NCBI GenBank assembly: GCA_002269645.1
Contig: NIVC01001803.1
Coordinates: forward strand, 30,123 to 94,122
Length of the DNA: 64,000 nt
Direction of reading: 5' to 3'
From: Macrostomum lignano
Lineage: Eukaryota
A model generated the notes under the pieces. The model did no database searches, was not told the DNA's origin, and saw only the letters and a program-made list of their open reading frames with translations. The position numbers and the translations under genes were made by a program. This document shows positions 39,101 through 48,662 of the stretch, piece by piece (within the stretch, counting starts at the first letter, position 1; the number at the start of each line of letters is the position of its first letter).

Positions 39101-42100
39101 AGCAGTCTTTGGTAAGTTTTATGTTTAGAAAGTTAGGCTAACAATGCATGCACATTTTGTTACTTTCATGCCAAGAATTTCGACTTGCAATAAGAATCAG
39201 TAGTTGTTTAAACAATATCATGTGAACCGTATTTCATATTAACTTTCAACAGACTAGTGGCCCAGATTACGAGCATGGCGAAATTGCCGAGGCCTACAGC
39301 CTCCTGCGGCAGGCCGTGCATCAGGCTGGACTAGAGGTAATTTTGTGTAGCTGTCAATATATTTATTGTAAATTGTTGTTAGTCATTACTTACTGTAGCA
39401 ATTTGTGATAACTTTGTTAAGCGAGGCAGAAGTGTGGAATTGCAGGAGTGAGTAAAAGGTGCTCGCTTGAGAGCTAGGCTGTTCTCATTTATTATTTAGC
39501 ACTGAGGTGGTGGGTGTAGACAGATTCAAACGCGCGCATGGGGTGGGGTGGAATAAAATACAATCTCTAAGCCGATCAATAATAACTTCACTGCTAGTGA
39601 GTCAACACTACAGTGCATGCAACCTATAGCAAAGTTCATCGTGTCACTATGTCACATCTCCCCCCTAAGTTAACACCCTCACTGCAGCATCAATCTGTCA
39701 GGTGGTGCTCGAACTCGAGTTGGGTAGCGCCGGGGTGCCTCGTTAGCAGAGTCAGCCGTGTCTGCCTGCGGCGAGGCTGGCGTGCCGCCAGCGTCAGGTG
39801 CCGCGCAGTCCTCGGCCGGAGTTGTGCTGCTATTCGACTCGGCCAACCCAGCGGGAGCCGCCAGCAGCTGGTCAGCGTGTCGCGCTTGTACGCCGCGCCC
39901 AGAATCTACTGTGCAGTTGCGAGTGCCGGCATTGACAATGACACCTTCGGCCCAGCGGCTGCTTTCTCCTGCACGAGCAGCAGTGCTGAAATCGCGGTAG
40001 AGCACACGATCTCCAGGCTGGAACTGGCGCGCTGGCCGCTGCTGCTGAAACTGATGCTGCTGTCGCTGTTGCATGGCCGAAGTCAACGATGGTGTCAGGA
40101 GATCTAGCCGGCTGCGCAGCCGGCGGCCAATGAGCAGCTGACTCGGCGCGGTGCCACTGACGCTGTGCGGAGTGTTGCGGTAGGCCATCAGCAGTCGTTG
40201 AAGTTGCGCGTCGGAGTGACCGCACTTACTCAGATGCCGCTTCTGCACCTGGACGAAGCGCTCGGCCTGGCCGTTGGTCGCCGGGTGGAATGGCGCCGAG
40301 AAGATGTGCCGGATGCCGTTGGAACTGATGAACTCAGCGAACTCGGCTGAAGCGAATTGTGGCCCGTTGTCCGACACCAAGGTTCTCGGTAGGCCGAGAC
40401 GAGCGAAGATTTCTCGCAGGCAGCTGATCGTCGCAGTTGCAGTGGTGCTGCTCATCCTGTGCACCTCTGGCCACTTACTGTGCGCGTCGACCAGGACCAG
40501 GTAAGTGCGGCCGTCCACAGGTCCCGCGTAGTCGATGTGCAACCGCTCCCATGGCTCAGTCGGGAATGGCCAGGGCTGCACCGGGGCCTTGGATGGATCC
40601 GCCTGATTGAGCTGGCAGGTGCGACAGGCTTTTACTGCAGCTTCCAGGTCTTTGTCGATACTTGGCCACCAGACGTAGCTTCTCGCGAGGGCGCGCATGC
40701 GGCTGATGCCAGGGTGGGCTTGGTGCAGCTCGTTCAACACTTGTTGTCGCAAGGCGGCTGGCACCACAACTCGAGCGCCCCACAGCACGCAGCCCTGGTC
40801 AATGGACAGCTCGCTCTGGCGCCTGGCGAAGTCGGTCAGGTCGGCGCAGATGGTCGAACCCGTCTGCAGACAGCGCAGCACGCGCCCTAGCACCACATCC
40901 GTCCTGGTGAGCCGCGCCATCGTCGCTGCAGTGGCGGCCGAACCTGCGCCCTCGTCGATCAGCAGCGAGTTAACCGCTGTCTCCTCCTCGAACTGCTGCG
41001 GCAATGGCAGCCGGGACAGCGAGTCGCAGTTGGCGTGCTTCTCCGTCGGCCGAAACTCGAGCGCATAGTCATAGCTCGCCAGCCGGATCGCCCACCGCTG
41101 CATGCGGGCTGCAGCATGTGCCGGGATGCCTTTCCGCTCGCCCAGAAGCCCGAGTAGCGGCAGGTGATCAGTGACTATCGTGAATCTCCGGCCGTAGAGG
41201 AATTGATGGAAGCGGTGCAGCCCGAACATTATGGCCAGCGCTTCCTTGTCGAGCTGCGAGTAGCCCCGCTGTGCTGCGTTCAGGGTGCGGCTAGCGAATG
41301 CCACTGCGCAGTCTTTGTTGTCGATGCGATGGGACAACACCACGCCCACTCCGTATGGTGAAGTGTCACACTCGAGCCGCAGCGGCAGATCCGGATTGTA
41401 ATGCACCAGCACAGGTGAATGGAGCAGCAGACGCTTAGCTTCGCTGAAGGCGGTTTGCTGCGGCTTGTCCCACGTCCAACGAACGTCCTTGGCCAGCAGC
41501 TGATTGAGCGGCGCCACTACGGTGGACAGGTTAGGCAGGAACCGGCCGTACTGAGTCAGCATGCCGAGGAACGAGCGCAGCTGGCTGATATCCTTCGGCG
41601 CTGGGGCGTCTTGAATTGCGGCCACCCTGTCCGTCAGCGGGCTGAGTCCACATGCGTCAATGCGGTAACCCAGATACTCGACAGAGTCCACGAAGAACTG
41701 GCTCTTTTGCTTGTTCAGCCTGAGTCCCGAATCAAGAAGGCGCTGCAGAACTTCTTCCAGGTTTTTCTTATGTTGGTGCATCGTCTTGCCGGTGACCAGG
41801 ATGTCATCGACAAACACCTGGACAGAGTCGAGATCTCCTAGCAGAGTGTCCAGCGTCCGTTGGAAGATCGCAGTGGCGCACTTGATCCCAAAAGGCATGC
41901 GATTGAACTGGTAGAGTCCCTTCGGCGTGTTGATCGTGACGAAGGCTTTGCTGTCTTCGGCGAGCGGAAGCTGCAGGAAGGCATTGGACAGATCGAGTTT
42001 TGTCCACTTGCAGCCGCCTCCCAGCTTGGCAAACAGGTCCTCGATCTTGGGTAGAGGGTACTGCTCGGTCAGGCACGCCGGGTTGAAAGTTTGCGTATAA

Positions 42101-44079
42101 TCACCGCAAATCCTGACGCCGCCATCCTTCTTGACCACCGGAACGATCGGAGAGGCCCAATCGCTGTGCTTAACCGCCGAAATGATGCCGTTGGCCTCCA
42201 GTCTCTGCAACTCCTCGTCCACGCGCTCTCGTAGTGCATACGGAACCGGGCGGGCTTTAAAGAACCGAGGTTGTGCACCGTCGACGACGTTGAGCCGCAC
42301 TTTACCGTGTCGATATTCGCCAAGTCGGTCCTCGAACACCGCAGCAAATCTCTCATGCAGGTCACTGATGTCGCTATCGGTCGACACGGCGTGCACCTGG
42401 GCCATAATTGTCGGCCAGTCCAGCCGAAGGTGAGCCAGCCAGTCTCGTCCCAGCAGTGCCGTGTCTCCTTTGTCGACTACAAGCAGCGGTAGCTGTAGCT
42501 GCTGGGCGTTGTGCTGGACGCAGACTGTGGCTTGGCCTCGCGGATGAAAGCGTTCATTGGTGAAGGTTCGCAGCACTGCAGCCGATGGAGCCAGTTGTAG
42601 CTGAGGGAGTAACTTTTGCTGCAGCTGCTGCGGCATCAGCGTGACTGCAGAGCCGGTGTCGATGACAAACTGGCATTCCTGGCCGTTGACGAGCAGCATG
42701 ACTGTCGGTCCAGCGTTTCTGCCTGTTGGTCGGACTGCGAAGATGGGCACCTGGGTGTCACACGCGCCTTCGACAGTAGGTGCCATCCGCTCCTCTTGTA
42801 GCATGTGTAGCTTGGCCTGCTTGGTGGACTGGCAGACCTTGCGGATATGGCCGACCTTGCCGCATGCATGGCACTTGGCGTCCCTGAAATTGCATGAATG
42901 ACGCTCGTGTGAACCGCCACAGCTTTTGCATGAGCTGCCACCGCCACCGTTGCCGCTGCCGTTGCCGCTGCCGTTGCCGCTGCCGCCGTTGCCGCTGCCG
43001 CCGTTGTCGCTGCCGCTGACCCGATGCCCTCTGTGGTGCGCTGAGGGTGTCACCTGCTTGCGGCTACCTCTCTTGCTGACAAATTGCAGATTGGCAACAG
43101 ACTCCGATGCCCTTTGTGACATCTCCAGGGACGAACGCTCTGCAGACTCCAGCGACATAGCCTTTGTTTGCAGGGATTCGAAAGTCGGCTCAACGACTTC
43201 CAGCAGCTTGGCTCGATAGGCGTCGCTTCGAAGGCCGAACACGAGTTGGTCTCGGAGCCCCTCATTTAGCGACTCACGGAAGTTGCAGTCAGCTGACAGA
43301 GCCTGAAGCCCCGCGATGAATGCCGTGAAGCTCTCGCCTGCTTGCTGAGTTCGTTGTTGGAAACGGAACCTCGCAGCTAGCTCCGAAGGCTTGGTTGCGA
43401 AGTGCGTTGTCAGCAGCTTCTTCAGGTCAGCGTAAGACTTCTGCGCCACTTGGACCGGCTGGCACAGACTCCGCAGTGTGATGTAAGCCTCCTCTCCAAT
43501 CGACGTGATCAGAGTTGCCACTTTTGCCTCATCCTTCACCTCCTTGCAGATGAAGTACTGCTCGAGACGCTCTAGGAAGATCTCGATGTTTGTAGATGGT
43601 AGCAGTTGGCCCAGCGTGGGCAGACTCGTCGCCATTGTGATAACTTTGTTAAGCGAGGCAGAAGTGTGGAATTGCAGGAGTGAGTAAAAGGTGCTCGCTT
43701 GAGAGCTAGGCTGTTCTCATTTATTATTTAGCACTGAGGTGGTGGGTGTAGACAGATTCAAACGCGCGCATGGGGTGGGGTGGAATAAAATACAATCTCT
43801 AAGCCGATCAATAACAACTTCACTGCTAGTGAGTCAACACTACAGTGCATGCAACCTATAGCAAAGTTCATCGTGTCACTATGTCACACAATTAATGAGC
43901 TACAATATTAAATTTAAAACTGGCTAACTCTAGCACAAAATGCCCCCCACTTTGATTCTGAGCTTGCAAATAACATCGAAATAAAATACCTGGCTGCAGA
44001 CAAACTTTTGCATCTCCAGAGTCAGGCCGGCCCCGCCAATGGCGCTGCATCCGCCGTCACGGCGTCACCCGACGACACT
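36149..44079 (+). CDS. Unidentified spliced gene or pseudogene (exons about 36149-36262, 36344-36461, 38584-38670, 38752-38932, 39253-39336, 43934-44079), with the Gypsy element in an intron
   Basis: Protein-like GT-AG exons: QKELAAKFRSLSETEKQRL (HMG-helix-like), RFFIVARENRQPYFSC, LRAGLWDHMKAVQ..FLASGAWP, TSGPDYEHGEIAEAYSLLRQAVHQAGLE, HFDSELANNIEIKYLAADKLL. Some junction phases fit; frameshifts fall mostly in homopolymers. Confidence 0.5.
36995..37385. repeat. 15-bp GC-rich minisatellite (GGGCCGCACTCCGGC variants)
   Basis: Directly visible. The CGPPE and GVRPA ORFs are its translations. Confidence 0.9.
37732..38487 (-). repeat. Dispersed repeat, longer copy starting TGTAACC (possibly LTR-like)
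   Basis: Inverted homologue of 30195-30865 that extends about 120 bp further 5'. Confidence 0.85.
39404..43888 (-). mobile_element. Full-length, very young Ty3/Gypsy (Mag-type) LTR retrotransposon
   Basis: 253-bp LTRs at 39404-39656 and 43636-43888 (TG..CA; one substitution seen) with a CAATT target-site duplication. PBS TGGCGACGAG lies next to the 5' LTR and the PPT AGGGGGGAGA before the 3' LTR. Confidence 0.98.
39679..43635 (-). CDS. gag-pol: Single Gag-Pol polyprotein, 1318 aa
   Basis: Two CCHC knuckles, protease DTGS, RT (LPKIEDL..FVDD), RNase H (CDTSPYG..KEALA), integrase HHCC and core (HIDYAGP..SDNGPQF..NGQAERFV). Uninterrupted ORF. Confidence 0.97.
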   Translation of the reverse strand: MATSLPTLGQLLPSTNIEIFLERLEQYFICKEVKDEAKVATLITSIGEEAYITLRSLCQPVQVAQKSYADLKKLLTTHFATKPSELAARFRFQQRTQQAGESFTAFIAGLQALSADCNFRESLNEGLRDQLVFGLRSDAYRAKLLEVVEPTFESLQTKAMSLESAERSSLEMSQRASESVANLQFVSKRGSRKQVTPSAHHRGHRVSGSDNGGSGNGGSGNGSGNGSGNGGGGSSCKSCGGSHERHSCNFRDAKCHACGKVGHIRKVCQSTKQAKLHMLQEERMAPTVEGACDTQVPIFAVRPTGRNAGPTVMLLVNGQECQFVIDTGSAVTLMPQQLQQKLLPQLQLAPSAAVLRTFTNERFHPRGQATVCVQHNAQQLQLPLLVVDKGDTALLGRDWLAHLRLDWPTIMAQVHAVSTDSDISDLHERFAAVFEDRLGEYRHGKVRLNVVDGAQPRFFKARPVPYALRERVDEELQRLEANGIISAVKHSDWASPIVPVVKKDGGVRICGDYTQTFNPACLTEQYPLPKIEDLFAKLGGGCKWTKLDLSNAFLQLPLAEDSKAFVTINTPKGLYQFNRMPFGIKCATAIFQRTLDTLLGDLDSVQVFVDDILVTGKTMHQHKKNLEEVLQRLLDSGLRLNKQKSQFFVDSVEYLGYRIDACGLSPLTDRVAAIQDAPAPKDISQLRSFLGMLTQYGRFLPNLSTVVAPLNQLLAKDVRWTWDKPQQTAFSEAKRLLLHSPVLVHYNPDLPLRLECDTSPYGVGVVLSHRIDNKDCAVAFASRTLNAAQRGYSQLDKEALAIMFGLHRFHQFLYGRRFTIVTDHLPLLGLLGERKGIPAHAAARMQRWAIRLASYDYALEFRPTEKHANCDSLSRLPLPQQFEEETAVNSLLIDEGAGSAATAATMARLTRTDVVLGRVLRCLQTGSTICADLTDFARRQSELSIDQGCVLWGARVVVPAALRQQVLNELHQAHPGISRMRALARSYVWWPSIDKDLEAAVKACRTCQLNQADPSKAPVQPWPFPTEPWERLHIDYAGPVDGRTYLVLVDAHSKWPEVHRMSSTTATATISCLREIFARLGLPRTLVSDNGPQFASAEFAEFISSNGIRHIFSAPFHPATNGQAERFVQVQKRHLSKCGHSDAQLQRLLMAYRNTPHSVSGTAPSQLLIGRRLRSRLDLLTPSLTSAMQQRQQHQFQQQRPARQFQPGDRVLYRDFSTAARAGESSRWAEGVIVNAGTRNCTVDSGRGVQARHADQLLAAPAGLAESNSSTTPAEDCAAPDAGGTPASPQADTADSANEAPRRYPTRVRAPPDRLMLQ

Positions 44080-44379
44080 GTAAGTCTTCTGGAGATGCAA
44101 AACATTTCTTACTAAATTAGTTACTATCAAAAGAGTTTATTCAATCGATTTAATTGAGGCCTACATATGAAACTGAAAGCTAAACTGTATTATAAAACGT
44201 TTGCTAAAACTAGAAAAAATGCCTCACATTTGATCCTCTGTTGGTACAGGAGGCCACCCGGCGACACCCGGCGACACTGTAGGTCTTCTGGCGATGCAAA
44301 ACTTTCTTACTAAATTAGTTACTGTTGTGTTGTGCACTGTTGTGCACAGTGCCAGTGCATCTAGCCTCCCAGCGGGCTG

Positions 44380-47300
44380 AGTTTAGAGTTTTCGGAGCAG
44401 ACTTCGCTACCAATCTGTCTCTAGATTTTTTACCACTAGTTGAAATGATAGAGCTGTCCTAGGGACTGCAATTTAATCACTGGAAAATTGATTCGGGTGG
44501 CATCGACTTATACAAACTATTTTTAAAAAGTGTTGTTTATTATATGACAAGCTGACACGTAATTGTCGAAGTTGATGTTGGACAAGAAACAGAAAGTCAA
44601 GGAAGACATCGGGGCATAGTAAAGATAAAGTACAACTTTGGGAAGAGAGGGCTACTGATAACGCAGTCAGATGTTGAAGTCGTCTCCGTCAAGCTTTCAA
44701 ATTTTGGAAAGACGGCAATCGCTCAAACAATTAAGGATGTGGAAGATGCTTTTAAAGATATGCGTCGGAATCGTTGCAAACAGAAGATTTGGTTGTCTTC
44801 GTGGACAAGTACATCTGCAGTTAGAACACGTGAGTAGTAGTATAGTGAAATGGAGCTGGGCCACATCAAGTGTTCGGGCGCAGTTCGCGCCACTCACAAG
44901 ATGGCTCATCCCCTTTTATTATACTACTACAACCAGGAGGTCAGAGTTACAACAGGCGGGTATAGACATGGCGTGGGGGCAGAGGGTGAGGAGCATTGGC
45001 TCCTCACCCTCAATGCCCATGGAGGGGCATTGGCATATGGTATATTTCGCAGAACACCGATTTTCAGAATTTTTTACACTTAAAAAAGGGGGTGCCCTGA
45101 CCCTCATGCCCTTACTCATTTGAAAATCACTAAAAACAGGTGAAAATGGTCTGAAAACAGCGATTTTTTTGTCGTTTTTAAATATTTGGAAAAAGTGTCA
45201 TTTTCGAGATCTCGTGAGTAAAACCACGAGAAATGTGTGGTTTGGGGGTTAATTCAATGCAATTTCAGGCGCATACAAATTGAAATTGGCATTAAATTTA
45301 AGATTGCTTACTCTTTTCATTATAAAAATGACCTTCAGTAAACATTATTTCTAGGTTCTTCTTTAGATATTCAGTCAGCTATAACAAAACTACCACCCAT
45401 CTCCACTGGAAAACAACCAGGAGAATTTCATATAACATCATATAATTTTCTCTCTTTCGCAAGCAAACAGCTGACTCACAATGCTGATGATGTGTCAGAA
45501 CTCCTTGGCAGCTTACCCTTTCTTCAATAAAAATTATGCCCATCACATACCGGTACTTTGCATCAGCCAGCGTGCCTTAACTCTCTATCCGACTCAACAA
45601 AAAAGAAACTTGCTCTTGCTCAGGAGAACAATGCCTCCCTCACACCTGCTCTCACACCGCAGTACTCCAGAGACGTAAGAGAAAAACACCTTTGTAAATC
45701 CAAAAACCCTAGTAATAGACTTATATGAAGGGATGAGTCACTTTTGAGTGTGCGAATGTTTTCGCAATCTTTCTTTCTAAAAACTTCTTGCGTCCCTGCC
45801 TCACCTGTAGTATGATATTCCATACTAGCCCATTCATGGAGAGGAGAAATAATACCATATATGGTAGTGGTCGTTACGTTCAAAAGCTTCCCTTCGCAAA
45901 GACGAACCCTTATTTGTCCAACCCACCTTTCTTTTTCATCTCTCAGAATTTGAAGGGTATTTAGATTCATCGTTGCAGCTTCATAGCATAGACTCTAACT
46001 GGCACATCATCAGTAACTATTCTTGATTTCGACATGGCTGGTGGTAAGAAAATTATCGAATCTAAGATAAAAAATCTCAAGGAGGTTCAGTTGGCAGATG
46101 ACACAAGTGTAATAATTGCAATCAATGAACTTGGCGATGCCGACAAGGATCCTCTTCGAGTGCTAACAACGATATCCGACAAAATAACTCCATAAGAAAG
46201 GTCAACTGATGAGAAGAAGCCACGCGAGAAGGCAACATTCATGACTAATTTGAAAATTAATTTGGACACTATTAAGAGAACTGGAATAGCTGTAATGACT
46301 GACTACCAGGAGTATGCTGAAGACTCAAGTCTCGACATATCGGAACTGAACAAAGCTGATCTAATCCACACATTCAACAAGCTCACCGTAGCAGTTGCTT
46401 CACATGCAAATGCCTCTTGGAAGCTAAGCAAGGGAAAAAATCTCAATCCCAACGGCGAAGGGATAGACAATCGACCGTTCGACACCTTGGAGGAAAAGCT
46501 GAAGCTGCTCCCAAAACCAATTGTAATTGTTTAATTTTCCTAGAAAAAATGGAAGCTGATAACCCAAATGTTCGAAATGCTCTGCTACAAAAAATACTAT
46601 TATTCTATTATACCTTTTCTCAAACAAGAGACCCTAGTCGAAAGGCTCGACTAATTGAAGAAATTGATAAAGCCTATGATGAATATAAAGCAGAAATATT
46701 AAAACACACAAATTGCAAATGCCCACCATATTTAAAGTCATTCAGAGTATATCTTGTGCACGTTGATAAATGGGCACTAATTGATAGGCAACGAGGTAAC
46801 AAGTCACGAGGTTTTGTGCGTTCTCGGGCAGAGGAGAATACCGTGCTATAAATAAGGACCCCCTCCCCCTTTTTTCCGTCAAGGAGTTTCTTGTTCGCTA
46901 GTTTCTGAGAGTCTAAGTTTCCGAGTCTGAGTCACTCGTTCTCTAAGTGTCTGTCAGAACTGAACGCCCGTGCTGCGTACAACTAACCCTCTACTATTGG
47001 TCTAACTGAGACCCACTAAAGCCAACCCCGAGCCTACGAGAGGCTAACGCAGCCCTCCCATCCACCAACCAAGCCCGACAGGTACTGCTGACGAGACGCC
47101 CTGTACGTTAAGCTGCAAATCTGCACGTTGTGCTGAATTCGTTGACTTATTTCTTTTGTTACGACGGGAAGCTCACCTCACCGAAGGCTGAGACCTGAAG
47201 GAACTGGTGGGCAGCACTACATACGCTACAAAGAGCTAAGAAGGCTTCCGACAAGAGAAAATGCTCGAGACTTAACCTCTTCAAGACGGTAAAGATATTT

Positions 47301-48100
47301 GTCACTCTCCGTTTCAGTCGGATGGGTCGGAATCGGGCCATAGACACTTTCTGGCTGCAAAACGCAGACTCGGTCTTGATTCTGACGAATGCTATTGAAA
47401 TTTGAATAAAACTTTCCCGCTATGTTTGCTGGTTTGTTACTGTTGTTACTGTTAATACGAGAGCCATCTTTGCAAAGTTGTTTCCTTTACCTCTATTATT
47501 GGTCGAGTTCGAACCATAACCGACTGGAACGGTGGGTAGAGAATTTGTGCGCTGGCCATAGGTATTTTGAACCAACTGCGCTGGGCCGAAGTTGTAAGAG
47601 GCCACTGGTATTTTCCTTTTCATTTTTGTTCTTAAAATGTAGAGTTTAGAAACAACCTTTTCTGCTAATTTTAGTATCAGTTATAATCGCCGATTGGCCT
47701 GTGAAATGGGGTTGGTTTTCGCTGCTGTGTATTGGTCGATGGCTAGGTCATTTGTATTCTGTCTGGGGTCGTCCCCCGTTTATATTTGGCTCGCTGATAC
47801 AGAAATAGTCGCGCATGGGTAAAGCCTATGAACTGAATTAAAAAATGCGTGCCAAGCAAAGGCATACTAGCAATTCAATAGTCTATGGTTACAAGTCGCA
47901 TTCATGCGATTGACTGCAGAATTTCGCGTTTTCCGTGTCGGTTATTTCGATTGTTTTCAAGTTTAGATGAATGAATGAGACTTAGATTTTCGATTGAATT
48001 AGAATTGTCGCTGATTTATCACTTTAGTCAATTTGGAGTTATGTTCAATTGTGATTGATCCTTTATTTCTTTCGTATTTATTTTGGGATATGTCGCCATG
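44380..48100. other. Block of decayed, intronless, tightly packed ORFs of unknown origin (candidate endogenous viral element)
   Basis: Long plus-strand frames with sparse stops (44380-44960, 45310-46025), ORF 46034-46534 with one internal stop and ORF 46549-46851. Convergent minus-strand frames end near 47159. No recognisable motif. Confidence 0.35.
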
Positions 48101-48662
48101 TTGATTTACGTGATTCACAATCGATTTCTGTGTTGAAATATCTGAACAAAACGATAAATGTACAATAACCTTTTCATTATTTGCGGGTCAAGTCCTGATA
48201 CTGTCTTTATCAAGCCACTGCACGACTGCACTGCACGAGTCAATACTTAATCCATTAGCCAATAGCCACTGCACTGCATCTTATATTACGCATCATTATC
48301 TGTATTAACTCATAATGTCGATCGTCTTCACGGATGCAGCAACGAACTCACAACCTGAGCCACCACTAGTGGTATTCTACAGCATGGCTTGGAGCAGGTG
48401 AGCCAGTGTTGATTGTGTCATTTTATCATGCTTTCCATTGTGAAGGGCACCCGGTGGAAGGGCATCCACTAACTTTAACTAAAATGCGAATGCAAGGTAG
48501 CTGAAGCGCATTATGATCTATTATAGGGTACTTAATTTTATATATTACTTGAATTAAGTAACATTTGCAAACATTTTATCCTATATTGATAAAAAATTAG
48601 GATAAACACTTGGCATGCTTTCTAAATTATTTTAGCCACATGGCATGGTACCCTATTGTAGT

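Noticed and set aside
47080-47130. Hammerhead ribozyme core CTGACGAG (also CTGATGA at 3206, 14842, 31142)
   Set aside because: No stem II followed by GAAA and no stem III/NUH partner.
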